Positions 1-17,106 of a stretch of 64,000 bases of DNA are shown here, in pieces. A program made the translations under genes and the position numbers. How positions within the stretch are numbered: the stretch's first letter is position 1; each line of letters begins with the position of its first letter. The notes beneath the pieces were generated by a model that was not told where the DNA came from, did not search any database, and worked only from the letters and a program-made list of their open reading frames with translations. The stretch is taken from assembly GCF_009914755.1 (NCBI RefSeq), contig NC_060930.1. The stretch is one strand, 5' to 3'. The stretch comes from the human T2T-CHM13v2.0 reference genome, Homo sapiens.

Positions 1-1497
<1,497 letters not shown>

Positions 1498-3065
1498 AAG
1501 AGGAAGAAGAGGAGGAAGAGGAGAAAGAGAAAAGGAAGGAGGAAGGAGATGGGGAGAGGGAGGACAGCAACCACCAGAACAAAACATTCTAAAATGTTTT
1601 GGGTGATGCAAGTGTAGGTGAGATTCTTCCTTCTACTTTTCTGAATTCCAACGTTTTAATTGTGAACATATATTATTTTTTATAATAATAATAAAATCAG
1701 ATGCTCATCACTGATAACATGTCCCCAGGTGGATCAAGCCCTTATCTTTCTCAGAATGTGGTATGAAATCCCTACAGCGTTGGTAGCACTGGACTAAAAA
1801 GTGAGCTCTGTTAACAAATGTTCCCTTCGTGGCAGTGTCTTCACTCCAGCTAAGGCTGAAATTCCCAGAATTTGTTATTTCCTGTCCTCCCACTGACCCT
1901 GCTGCCAGCTCTGGCCCTGCCTTTTGCCTGCATGATGGTTAACAGTAGCCTTAATCTAATTTTCCAGTGCATCCAACTTCCTGCTGGGAGGGAAATCCCT
2001 TATTTCTGCTCCTGTGGTCCCAGTCCCAAGGATATATGCAGATTATTTGAGACATATATATACAAATAAATTATGCTCTGTGTACTAACTACCATGAATT
2101 TAACAGGCATTAAATTAAACATTTTTTTATAACAACCTGTTTTTTGTAAGACGGCTACTAAAAATATTATTTCTATTTCACATTTGAAGAAATTAAAGCA
2201 CAAAGGGATTGACTAAATTGCCCAGTGTCCCCAGACTGTCTATTGGAGCCTGGATCCGCACCCAGGTGAGAAGGCCCCATTGCCTTTGCTCTTAACACTT
2301 TGCTACAGTGTCTCTGTAAAGGTCTTGATCAAAAGATTTAGAGATTTTCATAAAAGCCCCTAAGCAGTTGTAGATTACTTGGTTATATATTCATAAAGTT
2401 CATAGTCTCTTGTCCTTTCACTTACACAAACTAACAGTGTTTATACCCAAACCTATGTTTATTATCAGTTTTATGTCAAATAAATTTAACAGTATTTGTA
2501 CAGCACACATAACCAGCTCCTAGTAATAAGGCAGCTGGCAGGCTTTCTGGGCTAAGTCAACAGATTCAGGGTGGAGTTCACTGGAGAAAATAGCTAGTGG
2601 TCCAGGTGTCCTGTTTGAGACGTGGAGGGACGATGAATTTGTAGTCAAAACACTTAGCAACTCTTCCCAAAATAGCATTCTATTTCCTTGTAGTGAATGG
2701 CAAAGGACACATACCTCAATAAGTAACACCTTTGTTTGTAGGAGAACTGGGAGAATGCTGGCAACACACTCTTGTCTAAAAAGGCATTTGGTGTTGGTCT
2801 CACAGAGACACATGGGTGACAGTGGTCACGCCTATATAGTATGCCTATAATAATTTGAGCCTAAAAAAAATTTAAAGGTATTATATTCAAAGCCCACAGC
2901 CTGGAGGCATAGCCCAGGAAGCTTCCAGCTCAGCTCCCTTAACAGGTAATCTAAGACTGCTCTTATATCACCCACATGTGCTTATGCATGTATTTTTTAA
3001 ATAATTGAGTCATTCTATTTATAATGTTTATAACATGCTTTTTTTGCTTTGTGTATCAGAAATAG

Positions 3066-3324
3066 GCTTGAGTGCAATGGTGTGATCTTGGCTCACTGCA
3101 ACCTCTGTGCCTACTGGGTTCAAGCGATTCTCCTGTCTCAGCCTCCCAAGTAGCTGGGATTACAGGTGCCTACCACCATGCTCAGCTACTTCTTGTACTT
3201 GTAGTAGAGACAGGGTTTCACCATGTTATCCAGGCTGGTCTCAAACTCCTGACCTCAGGTGACCCACCCACCTCAGCCTCCCAAAGTGCTGGGATTACAG
3301 GTGTGAGCCACCATGCCTGGCCTC
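3066..3324 (-). mobile_element. AluS lacking its 3' end and tail
   Basis: Reverse-complement Alu from GGCTTGAGTGCAATGG to CCATGCCTGGCC with no preceding poly(T). Confidence 0.9.
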
Positions 3325-5195
3325 ACCCAATGCTTCTATTCCTCCTCTCCCCTCATGCCTTCATCCAAGGTTCCTGACCCTTCCAGACATGGAGCTGGAG
3401 GAAAAAGGAGAGTTAAAGAAAGAGAGCAAAGGTCCTTTGGTCACGGAGCAGCAGCACTATCTGGGCTTGGCTTTTGCTTAAAGCTGATTCTAAGGGATAC
3501 CTCAGTGGGTTATTGCGAGGATCCGTCCAATTGCTTGGAAACACCCACCTGAAGTTCTCTGCACCTGGGTATCTCTATGCTACCTGGTTACTTATGCTTT
3601 CCTTAGCCCCTAGCAACGTAGCAATACATCCAACTTTTCTCTGCAGGCCTTTTGGACCTAGAATGACTCTACGTTTATGCCTCCCATTCATGGTCCACAT
3701 CACATCCATAGGAAACACTCAACTGTTCTAGCCCCACTGAATTCTGGGAGTGCCAGTGTGCCTAACACAACCTCTTCTCCTTCAGCTTGTCTGTCACAGC
3801 TACATGGCCAATCTTTCATCCTTGAGATTTCTCAGGGGAGAATCAGACACCAGCCCACTGTGTCCCTTAACCTTGGAGAACACATATCAGACTCTCTAGA
3901 GGTGGTCCAGCTAAATTCTGGCCTAAGGAGAGGGGCCGGCATCCCTCAGAAGTTGCCCCTGCAAGGGGCATGGACTCTCAGTACAGCTTTCCAAATAACT
4001 CTTCCTAAGAAGTTATATTTCAAACTCCCCTTCTATGCTTTAGTATTCCTTATAAGGGTGAGGGATTTAAGAATGATCTACTGGTTCTCAGCCTCTTTGT
4101 AAATCCTTTCTCAGAACTTCAATTTGGAATGGGCATCTGTTGTTTTGCAACCTCAACTTCCATTTCACCATCCTGTTACAAGGTATTGCATATGTTGTAT
4201 ATTTAGCATTTTCCATTTTTACATATAACCCAATTTTCCCAGGCCTCACCAGATTGACAATATAAAATAAAGTTGCAGTCTATCTTTATGCACAAATGAT
4301 GATGGCAAGAGCCCCAACTGTTTTGCTGACTAGAAATTAGCACATTTTCAAGTGTCCCGAACGTATTTTGGGGACTTCCCCAGAAGCATGCTACACACAT
4401 GCCCACAACCTGATCTGTAACTGCTTGGTGTCTGCTTTTCCCTCTTTTCCTACCCTGGCTTATAATCTTTCACATTGTCTGCCTAGGAGTTTGAGGAATG
4501 TCACATCATTGCTAGGTTCCAAGGGTAGGTAGAAGAAATAGCCTCCTCTCCAATTGTGTGTCACATGTGGACACCAGGACGTGAAATGGCTCTTCTTTGT
4601 CAGATAACGAGTTCTGGCCATCTCCTACTTCCCACGAATCCTCCAACTCTCTCCTAAAAATAGTGCCATTATTTTTCTGATTGCCACTTTCCTGAGCTTG
4701 GGCAATCCAACCTGGTCTACGGGCCAGAACAATTCCCATTTTTAGCTCCCCACAAACCACAGACTCCACCACCCAATTTCCCTTCCTTTTTCTCCCTCAT
4801 GCCCAGGTACAAAATAGAAATCTCTGTGTTTATTAATGGATGGGAGGGAAAGAGAAATTGAAGTCTCACTAGCAGCTTCTGGGTCAACACTTTGCTTGTC
4901 AGGGATATTCAATATTATCTTTCTTTTGCTTTCTAAGTTCAAGAGCCATTCAGAAAAAAAAGCAAAGTGGAGGACAATGTATACAGTCTGCTACTAAGGA
5001 AGGGAATATTATAAATATGTACTAGTTTACAAATGCAAAAGATACCCCTAGAAGGACCCACAAGAAACTAAATAATAATGGTAGTTGCTTCTAGAGTGGG
5101 AACTTGGTGACTAGGGATCAGAGAAGGAGAGAAAATTCAGTTTTTACTCTATTTAATTTTGTACTTTTTGAAAATTTTACATGTGCATGTATACC

Positions 5196-5979
5196 CCAAA
5201 GAAATTAGCAGTTTGCAAATAGATAACTCATTTTAAGAAGAGAGAAGACAACGTTCAAGTTGAAGCCTGCAATGGCAGACCATCCGTATCCATTTGCAAA
5301 GAAAAAATTAATCTTGTTTATGCCCCAAATGAAGAGGACTAACAACTAACAGCACGAACAATAGCCTACACCACAGGCATCTTAATTGATTCACCTTACA
5401 CAATTCTGACTGAAAAATTAAAGTTGAGCAAACTTTGCACTTGATGGCTGCCAAAACCATCCAGATCAGCTGCAGACAAGAGCAGAGCTCTCAGTGGAAA
5501 TTTTAAACGAGTGGGATCAAGATCTTGAAGCATTTCTTCGAAGCACTGTAACAGAAGATTAAACATGGCCTTACCAGTATGATCCTGAAGACAAAGCACA
5601 ATTAAAGCAACGGCTACCAAGAGGTGGAAGTGGTCCAGTCACAGCAAAGCCAGACCGCTCAAGAGCAAAGGTCATGGCAACAGTTTGTCGAGATGCTTAA
5701 GGCATTTTGTTTGCTGAATTTTTGCAAGGACAAAGAGTGGTAACATCTACTTATTATGAGATTGTTTTGAGAAAGTTAGCCAAAGGTTTAGCAGAAAAAT
5801 GCCCAGGAAAGCTTCACCAGAATCACACCATAAAAATGCCTCTTGCTCATTTCTCTCATCAAACAAGGGCAATTTTGTGAGAGTTTCTGTGGGAAATCAT
5901 TAGGCATCCACCTGGTTACGGTACCAATTTGGCTTCTTCTGACTTCTTTTTCTTTCCTAATCTTAAAAAGCAATCTTTA
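5196..5979 (+). mobile_element. HSMAR2 mariner transposase relic, 3' end missing
   Basis: Decayed frames give mariner motifs YDPEDKAQ..QRLPRGGSGPV, SRAKVMATV, YYEIVLRKLAK, and ..LASSDFFSFPNLKK. The sequence stops at the AluY and does not resume after it. Confidence 0.85.
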
Positions 5980-6287
<308 letters not shown>

Positions 6288-6409
6288 AAATGGTAAAAAT
6301 AAAAATTAATCTTTATTAGGCTTAAATGTATTCTTTCATAATGATATTAAATTATAATGGAATTAGTTAAAACAAAAACTATCAATAGCTAATACTTAAA
6401 TATTAAAAA

Positions 6410-6518
6410 AAAGCCTAATCATAAATAGGTAATTTTAGAAATAAAATTAATAAATTGAAGATAAAGCCTAATCATCAATAGGTAATTTTAGAAATAAAAT
6501 TAATAAATTGAAGATAAA
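6410..6518. repeat. Tandem duplication, 2 x 53 bp
   Basis: AAAGCCTAATCAT(A/C)AATAGGTAATTTTAGAAATAAAATTAATAAATTGAAGAT starting at 6410 and 6463; one mismatch. Confidence 0.95.
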
Positions 6519-7984
6519 CTCCATGTCACAAAATGACACATTTTAGAGAACAGAGACAGCAGAATAAAGAAGTCTTCAGAAACACCTCTTTTATAAAAGC
6601 CAAGCTGGATAAGATCCAACTGGGGCCAATACAAGGAAAAACTGTAGTAGTAAATATATATCTATAATTTACATCACTCTGAAATCCTTGACCCCTAGAA
6701 TAGTCAACCAAAGGTTACATATTTCAAAGAGAAAAGATCTTATAGTTTAAGATTTTACAGCATATATGTGAGATAAAATACAAGATGCTCAGTTAGATAT
6801 GGATTTCAGATAATGAATTTTTAAATATGATTTCTATAATATTTAAGACATATTTATTCAGAAAATTAGTTGATAAATCTGTAATTTAAATTTAACCAAG
6901 GGTCTTGTATTTTTATTTAACACTAGCAACCCTGTTTTAGCATGAGAACCAGACTGTAATAAAACAGGTTGCTCAGTATCTTTTCCCCATCTTACCACAA
7001 CTTTGAGGGGGACGGAGTGGCTAGAGGTGGGATATAAATAGTTCCGTTTTTTCTATTTTGGTGGTGTTTCTGGTGATTTTTTGTTGGTTTTAAGAGTTAA
7101 AGAATTTTTTTAAATAAAGAAATCTGTCGCAAACCAGAAACACCAAATTTTTTAAAACTAAAAACATCTACTTTAACATAAGTGAATCATGCTGATATTT
7201 CTGAATTTCATTATATCCAGAATTATTTCATGTTCTCCAAGTTATGAGGCAAAAAGCATATTCCACGCTTCAATTTATGAAGGATTATTTTATGACTCCT
7301 TTCTCATTGATAAGTAGCCAACAACCTTTCAATTAATTCTGATGGAACATTCCAACTGCAGCTATTTGGCATGCCAGGCCATGAAAGGGAAAATTGGCAG
7401 AACCATGCGGTCATAGATGACAGGGAGACAACAGTTTTCCAGTTAGAGGAGGTTGTGAAAAATTGATAGGCTTTAAAGATGAGAATCATGGCTTATAGGA
7501 TTTGTTGATCTTGGTTGTGTTGAGAAGAAAAATGGCTGAATAATGGTGGGTAGAACAGGTAGGTCTCTGTTCTTGGCTGGAACCTAGAAACTAGAAAAGA
7601 CAGTTTCTTCAGATAAATAGCTACGAAGAGAATCCAACTATAATTTACTGAACTCAGAGAAGTGGATGGGAGAATACAGAGCATAAGTTAACACAGAAAT
7701 GCAGTCTCAACGTGCAAATGCTTGGTGAGCTGCATCTGGGAATAAAGCTGGCAGAACCTGCTTCCTCATGGGCAGGAGAGCTAAGAGGGGAGGACTAATG
7801 TGTCAAGAGAACAGGTCAATCACCTGTAAGGCTTTGAATGAAGAAGAGAAAGGCTAGTCTGTGGGAAAGCAATCACTATACTTAGATGAGCATATTAGAT
7901 ACAAAAACAATCTGAGTTCCTGTAAAAAAGTCCCTCTGTATAAGCTACACAAGAAGCTCATTGCAGAGAAATAGTAACTATAAT

Positions 7985-8235
7985 TCACTTTTTTGAGGTG
8001 CTTGCCATATACCACCATATGGCATTCTTTTAAGTTTTATGTGTTTGGCATCACTTAATCCTCTCAGCAACCTGACAAAGTAGGTAATATTTTCATCCTC
8101 ATTTTAGAAATGAGAAGACCGAGGTCCAGAAAGGCTAAGAAACCTGTCGAGGGTTATGACCTAGCTAGTAAGTCGTGGAATCAGGCTTCTAAACCAGGTA
8201 GTCTATAAGGAGAGATGATGCTCTTAATCAGTAAA
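7985..8235 (-). mobile_element. MIR SINE relic
   Basis: Core-like CTTAATCCTCTCAGCAACCT..AGGTA..ATCCTCATTTTAGAAATGAGAAGACCGAGG; boundaries approximate. Confidence 0.7.
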
Positions 8236-9774
8236 CTTTAAGGCCTCCTTAAATGGCTGGCTAAGTGGCACTCTGTGAAATGGCCCGCTAAGTTAAAAAA
8301 CTAGGAGAGGAAACCCAGAGACAGAGTCCCAAAGCTGTAATAGTTGGAAGAGAAAACTCCAACACCTTGAAGTGCTGGCGGAAGTTTACCAGTGACAGAA
8401 CTATGTCTGAGGCTTCACTGACTTGAATCCACCCAGAAGATGGAAGAACATCAAAATGGGCCATCAGGGAATTACTTAGAGGTTCTCCTAGAGCAGAGTT
8501 GCCAGCTAAAAGGGTGTCCCATTAACTACTTTGGACATATTTATACTAAAAATACATTAGTTTTTTTAAATCTGAAATGCACATTTAACTGGGCATCCTG
8601 TATTTTTATTGGTCAAGCTGGCAGCCCTATCTGAGGAGCCAAGCAAGCTACAGGTGCAATACTGGTGTGAAAGGAAAATATCTTGGGCCCCCCAAATCGC
8701 TAAGCTAAAAGGGAAAGTCAAGCTGGGAACTGCTTAGGGTAAACCTGCCTCACATTCTATTCAAAGTCACCCCTCTGCTCACACTGAGATAAATGCATAT
8801 CTGATTGCCTCCCTTGGAAAGGCTAATTAGAAACTCAAAAGAATGCAACCAATTATCTCTTATCTACCTATGACCTGGAAGCCCCCTCCCTGCTTCAAGT
8901 TGTCCTGCTTTTCCAAACCGAACCAATGTTCATCTTACATATGTTAATTGATGTCTCTTGTCTCCCTAAAATGTATAAAACCAAACTGTGCTCTCACCAC
9001 CTTGGGCATATATCATCAGGGCCTCCTGAGGTTGTGTCATGGCCAAATGTCCTCAACCTTGGCAAACTAAACTTTCTAAATTAACTGAGACCTGTCTCAG
9101 ATTTTCAGGGTTCACATTTTGGTAACCATGAAGGGATTCTGAGTGGAGATGCCCCTGACCTTTGACAAATCTATGCTTGGTACCAGCATGAGCTAACTTT
9201 ATGGCTCAAACCAATAGGACAATTTGCTGAGGCCTGAGAGCACCCCCTCCAGAGAATCCCTGATGTCCCCAAATGTGGTAGAGATCTAAAGTTTATTTTG
9301 CTGGAAAAAAAAAAAAAGCAAGTAAAATTCCAAAAAAACTTTTACTTGCTTCCAAAAAGGAAGGGAAGATTTCCTGTTTCCATGGCTATGGAAGACAGGT
9401 AACTCTTTTATGGAGTTTGAGCTCACTTCCAACAGGGAAGATGAGTTTTTTTTCTCTCTGCTTCTAGTATGGTAGAGAGCAGTCTACACCCTGAGACCCA
9501 TCCCTAGCTAAGTAACTGAATTGGGGTTTGTCTTGGCTAAAGTTAAGATTAACAACCAGCTGGTCTTAATTTCTCCTTACTATTAGAGTACTCAGTAATG
9601 ATATAAGTTGTGTGATTGTTTTGCTTAACTGTTTTTGTTGTTGTTGTTGTTCATTCCTGTTTTCACTGTTGTTTTGGACTTTTTCCCATTGGGTTTGATC
9701 AACTCTATCCAACTTGATCAAATCCAAAGGAAATTCCAAATTATGGGGAACAAGGCCTCTGAAGTGGCTAAATT

Positions 9775-9809
<35 letters not shown>

Positions 9810-11051
9810 GCACACACGTGGTATGGGGTGGAGGGGAAAAAATGGCCAGAAAAAGGAAAAAAAAAAAAAACAAAAAGAAAAATTTTTTATTCTAAGGGTC
9901 TTCATTTACATAACAAGGCCACCTTTTTGTTAGCCAGGCCAAACTGAAAGAGCAATGGCTGTACTTCTGAAATAGCAGCAATTTGTCCTAGCTGAAATAT
10001 GGTAATGAGATTTTAAAAGTTTTTTTTTAAGGAGCTCAATGGTTAAAAGTCAGCTTAATTAAAACCTAACATCCAAGATGCGTGCGTGTGTGTGTGTGCG
10101 CACGCGCGCACGCATATGTGTGTGTTTGTATTTAAAAGGACTTCATGTTTTTGTTTTTCTCCTGGGACCTTGTCTTTTTTTTTTTTTTTTTTTGAGCAAA
10201 AGTTTTTTTCTTTTCAGTTGACAGAATTCTGTTTTCTTCATTTACTTCTACTATCTCTCCTTTCTCTTGCACCCTCTGCTGCATGGAGGACCTAAAATAG
10301 TTTATAATAGCCTGGGGTTCCTTAAAGAAAATGGAGAAGGCACCAGACTCCCTTTCCAGGGAAAACAAATTTTTTCAAGAATGTAAACAGACAAGTTTGT
10401 CTCAGTTCTCGAACAGCTTACTTTTGTATTGTGTTACTTTTTTGTTTTTGACTAAAATAGTTATTGCAACAGAGGTTACTCTTGGGTTTTTAAGGAAGAA
10501 TGTGGCTTAGACACTTAGAAATGTCTTTAATTTTTTTTTTTTTCTGAGTGCACTGTAAAAGCACCACGTAGCCTAATCTCATATTAATTCTCCCTTTTTG
10601 GAGACCCAGGATTCAGTATGGGCTCTGCCCAGAGCTCAGAGATCCAGTTAAAAGATAGGTAGTCATTCCCTACCTAAATAAAATTAGTCTCCTTATAGAA
10701 TCCTATGCTAGACTTCTATAATTTTATGTTTAATTTGGCATCCATTTTTAATCTCCCTCTAACACCACCAGACTTTTTCCTCTCTGTACCTTATGATGTA
10801 ACTTTTGCTATATCATTTTCACCCGAGTTGTTTCCTTTAGTATGCAAATTTAAGGCTATTTAGCTGACAACTGCCTAGGGTTGTGAAACAGTTTATCAGG
10901 AATCTGAAAGTCTAAGGGGAAAAAAAGGTTTCTATAAATCTATAAGATGTACTTTTCTATCAGCATGCCCAATATATCTATGTATTTACATGTTGTGTAC
11001 ACACTGTTTCACTACTGAAAATGTATGAAAGAGCTCTAATTAATTGGCTTA

Positions 11052-11458
<407 letters not shown>

Positions 11459-12427
11459 TTAATAAATAAGCTAGCTTTAAAAATTATTCGTAAAGTAATA
11501 TTAGGAATGTCTTAAGAATTGCCAGCATACATTTTTTGTTTACATTTATTAATCAAGCAGTTTCATAGTTATTATCCCTGCCAAATACTATAAGGTGTCA
11601 AACTTTGGCACAGGGGTTACAAAACTATAAATTCAGCCCAAGACAGAATGATCTTTACTTGTGTAATCTTTCATAAATAAGACACTGATATTAGTTTAAT
11701 TAAAATAGCAACATCTTGAATTTAGTAAGATTACCATAACTTCTAATCTTGTGGCTTTAGGCAGTCTAGTTCACGAGCAGTAAAGTTTGTTTTGGGAAAG
11801 GACTGTTACTATCTTTGTTTCAAAGCTAAACTATAAACTAAGTTCCTCCCAAAATTAGTTTGGCCTACCTACAACCAGAAATGAACAAGAACAGCTTGGA
11901 GGTTAGAAGCAAGAGCAGGATGGAGTCAGTTAGGTCAAATCTTTTTCACTGTCTCAGTTATAATTTTGCAATGGCAATTCCATAACTTCAAATAATGACA
12001 ATCGCAGTTTTTACAAGTGATCTAGGTAAATGATTAAAATAATTAGGTAAATGTAATAGGATAAATACTTGTAGACAAACTCATTATAATTTAGAATCTA
12101 AAGTTATATTAAATAATAGATATTTCATTATTTGGGCATTTTCCAATAAAAATATATTTGTAGGAAAACATTCTTTCTAAAAAAAAAAAGCAGTATGTCC
12201 TTTTAAAAAAGGTGAACACTTTTTGTCTAATTCAAAGCTTATTTAAAGGGCATGTACAAAACAAGGTAAAAGGAACCAAGAAATAAAAGACATGTAAAGC
12301 AAGTTATAAAAATAAAGAGCTTTTTTCGGTAAGAAAGCTTAAAGAGAAATAATTCCATATGAGAAAGAATCTTGTATGGTAAATTTAGTCCTAGAGTAAA
12401 ATGACTGTTTAAGAAAGAAGGATGTTC

Positions 12428-12864
<437 letters not shown>

Positions 12865-15800
12865 TTATATGATCAAGTTGCCTATGATTAAAGGGAAATA
12901 ATAATGGTCTTTCTAGAGGTTGGGTTTGATGTTAAAAAAAATGCCACTTATACACTTATATTACATCTCGCTGGTTTTGGTTTTCTCTCCTCTTTTAAAA
13001 AGTGTGAAATAGTAACACTCCCCTTCAACTAATTTTCAGCTCATATAAGTTTTTTTCCCTGCTCAGTTTCTTTTTTTGGTGGCCTGATGCTAACAACATT
13101 TCTTTAAAGGTCTAAAGGAATTGTTTTCTTCCAACATAATATTCTGTGCACTGCAGAAGGTATTTTCTTTTGCCTTTTGGTAACTGGCCTAACAGATTTT
13201 ACATTTATCAAAATAACTCCCATGCCATTATTATTAAGTTTGGTTTCCTTAGGAAAAACTGAGATGTAAAATGTTTTTTTAATTAAGGTTATTACATTCT
13301 TGTATCTTCCTGTATGTGCTTTTAAAGTCCTTGTGACATTGAGTTACAGGGCTTTGACTCTTGGGTCTAAAAAGAACACCAAGTCCTGCTAAATCTCAAA
13401 CACTGACAGCAATTAAAACCTCATCTCCAGGCCCCCTAGAAGATGCCAATCAAAATAAACTGCATTCCTGAGACGCAGGGCCAGAAATTAAAGGCATTTA
13501 ACTCCTCAAGGCCCAGGGGCTATTGCAGAAGAGGTGGGCTTGTGAGATCACAAAGTTAATTTTTAGAGATAAAATGAGTTCAGTTTCTCTATAAATTAAC
13601 CATTAATGTCAAAGGCACACTGATGCAAGACCAGCATATCAACCCATGTCAAATTAACAAGGTTTTCTTAAAACATTAACCAACTCCTTAATAAAGGTTA
13701 CAAAGATATAAAAGGCTCATGGAAGATATATCTTATGATCAAGATTAAACCTTTATGGATTGTTTATAAAATTTTGGAAAACTAATTGGCTTCATGCTGT
13801 TTTTTTATTAGGGCTTAATGTTTAGAAAATTAAGTCTTCTCTCTCAAAGAATGAAGGTTTTTGCCCTTTTGTTTTGAAATCCTTATCACTTTGGCTAAAT
13901 GAATGACTTATTTTACAATGACCTGTAATCCTATTTTGTGATATTAAGTGTTTAAAACCTTTGATATTTGACAAACTTTCTGAAATCAAATTATACATTA
14001 TGTCTTTTTCTGAACTAATTAGTCCTTTAAGATGGTATTAATGGGTTCCCTAAAGTCCAAAAGTGACATATTTGGCTTTTTTGGTATGAAAATTATACAG
14101 GAAGCATTGTCCAATATGAAATGGTGTTTGGTTTTCTTTGGGCTGTATTTGTATAAATATGTTATTAGTATGTATTCCAAAATTATGGGAAACTCCTATT
14201 ATTCTGATATGACACACTGTATGTTATCAGTAATAATTATAATTTTTATGTTAAATTATTGTGTGCTACAGAGGTAACAGAATGTCTGACTATGGCTGCC
14301 CTAAAACTTTTCATTATTCACAGACAATTGTCATCTTTTTTTGGTCCTTTTCAGAGGTAGTTTTATAATCAGCTATAAAACTCTTAACAGGTGTTCTTGA
14401 ATGCATGTTTCTGATAGCTCTGGAGACTGTGACATCAAAATAGAGAAAAAACTTCGAGGACTCATGGAGAGCTGAAATGTTCATGAATATCAAGCAGAAC
14501 AAGAATTAACTGCATGGACTAAACTAATAGAAGTTTGAAGTAATCTTTTTTAACTTTTTGCTTAAAATGTTGCTGATAATTTGTTTTTCAAAATCAAGAA
14601 ACTTTTAAGCTATTTACAGCTTTTAACAATGGAGTATACTCCTTTGAACAAAATTTGGAGCATATTTGTTTTTAAAACTACCTGATTTCTACAGAATTTG
14701 GAATCTATTTGTGAGTATTCTTTACTTATGACAATACAGTTATTTGCATAAGTGCAATAAGAATCTGTTTTCATTTGTAACAGCACACATTTGAAGAAAC
14801 TGGTTATTTTACCAAGGCTTTGACTGAAATAGTGTGCTTTCCTTTAAAGAATTAAACTTGACTTATGGAGCCAATAAAAAGTCCCTTGGAAAAACTAGCC
14901 TCATACCTTTGTCTCCACAGTCCCTGTACAGGGTTCCTGACCTGTGGTAAGTAAAAAAGGTCACTTACTGACAGGCCCAGGAGCCCCAGGTTTTTGTTAG
15001 GAGCTCAAAAGGAGAGGAATTCACCCAACTCATAGGTATTTCATGGTACAAATCCATGGCTGGGCTGTGCTTTAAAAAAGTCTTCTCTGAGATTCCTTCT
15101 GTGGAAAAAGTTCCATCAAAGCCAATTTAAAAGCTTATATAAAAAATAATTATTCTTGCTGCACTGTATACAAAGAATTAGGCCAAGTATAATAAGGAAA
15201 ACCAGTCCTGCCATGATTTGTCTTTCATAAAAATGGGAAAGGGGAGAGAGAAAAATTATGTTTCAAAAACTATAGTACATCTATTGTTAGATTCTAGTCT
15301 TGTGTAATGTTTTTCAATTTTTATTATTTTCTACAGTTTGGACTGAATTCTAATTTTTCTTAGCTACATGTCTTCAAAATAATGTTTTCAATTTTTTTCC
15401 TTCTTTTTTTCCTCCATTTTTCCAAATTTGGAGTCACTGGAAACTAAGATGTGCTTTCATAAAGCCCTGTGAAATGAAGCTAAACAACTTGAGCTTCAGA
15501 AGAAAATAGCAGCGACCTATTTACATACATAAGCCACTTTCATACCTGCCTACTGATGTATGGACTTCAGAGTAATGTGGCATATATCTATTTTCCAGAA
15601 TTGTTCTTTTGTTTGTTGTTGTCCTCCCCCTATTTTCTCTTCACAGGACATGAGACTTCACAACCTTCTAAAAAGGAGCTTTCCTAATAACTCAGGACCT
15701 ATCTATCTAGGAATAAACCATCCTAGCCATGAGAGATCAGACGAAACCTGAGGCCAGAGACTCATTTTCTTCTAAAATGCGTTCTCCAACAGATTTTTAA

Positions 15801-16913
15801 AAAGAAAAGGGGGGAAATGTGAAAGTATTTTGGGCCCCTCAAATCACTAAACTAAAGGAAAACTTCAAGTGGGGAACTGCTTAGGGTAAACCTGCCTCCC
15901 ATTCTGTTCAAAGTTATCCCTCTGCTCACCAAGATAAATGCATATATCATTGCCTTCTGTGGAGAGGCTAATTAGAAACTCAAAAAAAATGCAACCATTT
16001 GTCTCTTATCTACCTATGACCTGGAAGCCCCCTCCCTGCACCTTTCCAGACCGAACTAATGTTCATCTTACATGTGTTGATTGATGTCTTATATCTCCCT
16101 AAAATGTATAAAACCAAACTGTGCTCTGACCACCTTGGGCACATGTTGTCAGGACCTCCTGAGGCTGTGTCCTGGGTGCACGTCTTCAACCTTGGCAAAA
16201 TAAACTTTCTAAATTAACTGAGACCTGTGTCAGGTCTTCAGGATTCATAGTGGTTAGTTAGCATTTAAAAATCAAATAACATGAGGGGCTGGGCCTTGAT
16301 ACTAGGTACAGAGCAAAGTAAATCTGTGTGAACGTTAGACAGCATTCTAGATTTGGGTAACAGGTAACTCGTGGACAACTACTCAGCTCTTATTCTGAAT
16401 GCACCAGCACTAAACTACCCCTAAATGACCTGAGAAATAAGATTGACAACACAGTGGAAGAAAAAAGCCTAATACCAAGTGACTAAAGCCACATAGGGCA
16501 AATTAGGCTAAAGCAAAGCTTGAAAGGTGGGGTAAACACTCACAGAGTTACTGGTGTTGAGAATTAGACTGACAAAACACATGCCCAAGAGCGCTATCTG
16601 ACTCTGCCAGGCCATGTTGCTATTTCTTTGGCAGTCATTGAGAAAAAAACTAACAAAACAATCCTGTCCTGGTATTGCTGCTGCACTGGGGAGAGGTGAT
16701 CTATACAGAAGGGAGAGAAGGGGAAGGGACAGTAGAGGAGGGGAGGGGATGGGAGGGAAGTTGGCAACAATATCAGTTCTAGGAAATGGTCAGAAGAGTC
16801 ACTGTTCAGGGCAGGAACAGTCGGGGCCCTGCTATTTTTGTTTAGTAATCACAACTAGCCTCCCGGGAAAATTCTATCTGCTGTCCAGCAGGCTTTGGAA
16901 AAGAGCCCTCCTA

Positions 16914-17049
16914 TACACACATGCACACACACAGGAGCATGCACACACACACACACACACACTTATGGGAGAGAGAGGAAGGAGACCCATAGGAGGCTTG
17001 GGTCTTTGAATACCAAACCAGGTAAATGTGTGCTTTACCTATGCACACC

Positions 17050-17103
<54 letters not shown>
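16914..17103. repeat. Two (CA)n microsatellites (about 16914-16962 imperfect; about 17053-17103 pure)
   Basis: Read directly. Confidence 0.95.

Positions 17104-17106
<3 letters not shown>

Noticed and set aside
3330-4830. Possible old ERV internal sequence or a further CMAH exon
   Set aside because: I could not match any CMAH peptide or assign a family from the sequence alone; it needs RepeatMasker and tBLASTn.
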